Origin: Haplodiscus bocki | Lineage: Eukaryota | Direction of reading: 5' to 3' | Length of the DNA stretch: 64,000 bases | Assembly (NCBI GenBank): GCA_965655095.1 | Contig: OZ296648.1 | Span: 172,422,001-172,486,000, forward strand | Shown here: positions 61,946 through 64,000 of the stretch, piece by piece | Layout: every line of letters starts with the position of its first letter | Position numbering within the stretch: the first letter of the stretch is position 1 | Program-made: the position numbers and the translations under genes | Notes under the pieces: generated by a model | What the model saw: the letters and a program-made list of their open reading frames with translations, nothing else | Told to the model about the DNA's origin: nothing | Database searches by the model: none

Positions 61946-64000
61946 TTATATGTTGAGTGGACGAGAGTCTACTCCTTTATGCTGACTTTTTCTTTCAGTA
62001 ACGACAGTCGTTTCTTTGTTTGCTAATAAATGGCGAGAGCATGTTTGATTGCGCAAAAATGTCGTTTTGGCGGCGTTACATCAACAACGTTTTCCAGCAC
62101 TTTGCGATATTTGGACTGGGGACCACCAACAGAACCTTAAAGAGTTCTTCTTTTTCAATTTTTTGCTGCCGCATTTGAATTTGTTTGATTGAGAGTCATA
62201 ACAATAAAATGTTTTGCTACAAAGGCAACTCATTTCTATGCAGCGAATTTCTGCTTTGAAGAGACTAGATTCTCGTTTAATGTGTTCCTTTTGCTTAGTT
62301 TAGCAAGTACGATGAAAAGAATTTGTTTTTGAATTGGTTGAAAAGTCGTCGGCTCGGTCTCGTCTTCGCAAAGAATCGAGTCCTTTTCTCAATGCTGGTC
62401 AGTTGCAGTCATACAAAACTTGATTAGCTAATGTCAATTAGAGGAGTCTGTATCCATTTTGAACTCTTCAAACTTTGCAAGATAACATTAATTGTCAAAA
62501 GAGTTGTCAAGAAACTCTGCTAATGTCAGTTTTGCTTTTTGCTGAATTAAAAAAAATGTCGGTTAATTTTGTTCAATTTCTGACATTAAAAGCTGTACCT
62601 CCTACATTTGATTGTTTTCATCGTTAACAGAACCCAATGGTTTCAAAGCTTGTACAATAATAACTCCACGTGTCTTTTCATCACTGATAGAATTTTTTCC
62701 TTTTTGTTGACTCTCGTCCCAATCTGGTAGTAATGAAAAACGTTGGTGAGTATTTTCCTTGTCACTGCCACAACACTAGGAGTTTGGATTCTTGCCCCGT
62801 TTTTTCTAGCATTCATCGCGACTCAACAAATTTTTGAAAATTTGCTTTGGAACGGACTCCACCAAGGCAAAAAAATTAACAAACCAACCCCAAATCTTAA
62901 GAAAACAGCAATAACATTGTTTTGATTGTCCGATTTACCAAAAAATAGCTTGATGTTAGCAATTTTCTAAGCAGAGTCAAAAGTCCTCCTTTTCCGGCGT
63001 ATTCTTTCATAAGCGGTTCAATTTTGTTTCTGCCAACAAAACTGTTCGTGATGGTTGGTGGACACTGTGCAAAAATTTGCCAGAGGGTCTCTGCTCTAGT
63101 ACTTCGACATCACAGCAAACGTACCGGAGGAGACTTCCTTTATTGATAATTTCCAAAAGACTTTCCTCTCTGAGTGGCATTCTGTAAAGTAAACGTTCAC
63201 GCAGTTCCTGCTTAACAATTTTCTGTGTCCTGTTGATTTTCCATCACTCATATTCGTACATCTGCATGAACGTTGTAGCTTATTTCTTCTATAAATTGTT
63301 TTCGGATTGTGCCGAACTTCTTTTTCAACAGTCATTTGAGTTTTTTTGTTGATGACAAAACAACGAATTTCTCGATTTCACCAATAAAGACAAAGTTTTC
63401 CCATAGTTTCATTTACATTGTTGCAGTGTTAAAAAATCCATCAACGCTAAATTCATCTGCTTTTTTTAGTTCCTCTCCTTTAGAAACTTCCCACTTGACA
63501 CTGTCGTTTGACTCTCTGAAAGTAACAAAAACCTATTTTTCTGAAACTCCTTTCGTTTTTTCCACACTGTTTAAGCTAGTCACATTCCAGTTGGAAACCC
63601 CATCTTGTGTACGGACCTTTAGGCATCGCTTGATACATAGAGTAAGGATAATGTTGACTAATATCATGTCAAACAGTGGCTTAGCACTATTTTTCCAACG
63701 CGCGATTAAAAGTCTCGTCCACAGCAGCGTTCATTGTAAACAACAGGTGCTTGCGTGTTTCCTCCGAAAAGTTTTCTTCGCCATGTCTGTTGAAGGATGA
63801 AACTTTGGAGAGTTGACTTGTGAAGACAAATTTTTTCAAATGTTAGCAAAGTACATCCCAGCTCTAACATGTCAATTCCTCTCTTAGGGTGAAAATCAAC
63901 CATCATTTGCGCAACCTGACATCCGCAAGTCCACAAATGTTTGCAAATCGATTGTTGGAAAAATTGGTAGCCATATTTACCCTTACGCAGTGTGTCAACA
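61946..64000 (-). pseudogene. Protein-primed family B DNA polymerase (Maverick pPolB), decayed
   Basis: DMLELGCTL..ICLHKST (~63830), motif A-like SQHYPYSMYQAMPKG (~63630), motif B region SVVAVTRKILTN (~62760), motif C FEEFKMDTDS (~62450), EMSCLCSKTFYCYD (~62210), ending RPLNI* at 61946. Confidence 0.85.

Larger units (their letters stand above)
61200..64000 (-). mobile_element. Maverick/Polinton relic, running off the window end
   Basis: Co-oriented remnants of a protein-primed PolB, a major capsid C-terminus and an adenain-like protease. Confidence 0.8.

Noticed and set aside
1-64000. CRISPR arrays, operons or other prokaryotic systems; most 60-110 aa track ORFs
   Set aside because: The sequence is eukaryotic and has no repeat-spacer array; the short ORFs are antisense shadows or fragments of decayed elements.

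Overview
Eukaryotic (animal) genomic DNA, AT-rich, with GT-AG introns. The style of the repeats suggests an acoel such as Symsagittifera, but that is my recollection and is not tested. The window has two compartments. (1) 1-17 kb is host-gene territory: a spliced GIPC PDZ-adaptor gene (minus strand, two coding exons seen) and a TBC1D10/EPI64-family Rab-GAP with an intronless CDS (minus strand), with MITEs, tRNA-derived SINE heads, a 9-bp minisatellite and a possible hAT relic in the GIPC intron and between the genes. (2) 17-64 kb is a dense graveyard of decayed mobile elements, almost all on the minus strand. It holds several Ty3/Gypsy retrotransposons (gag, protease, RT, RNase H, integrase), two paralogous class-I-fusion-like env relics, an OARD1/TARG1-like macrodomain cargo, and a Maverick/Polinton relic (pPolB, capsid C-terminus, cysteine protease). 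The most unusual structure is a ~14 kb Gypsy unit in a tail-head-body-tail-head tandem. It contains a spliced antisense gene with its own polyA signal, lying tail-to-tail with pol, that looks like a catalytically eroded hAT-type transposase. All protein assignments are by-eye motif recognition, no searches were run, and boundaries of decayed elements are approximate.
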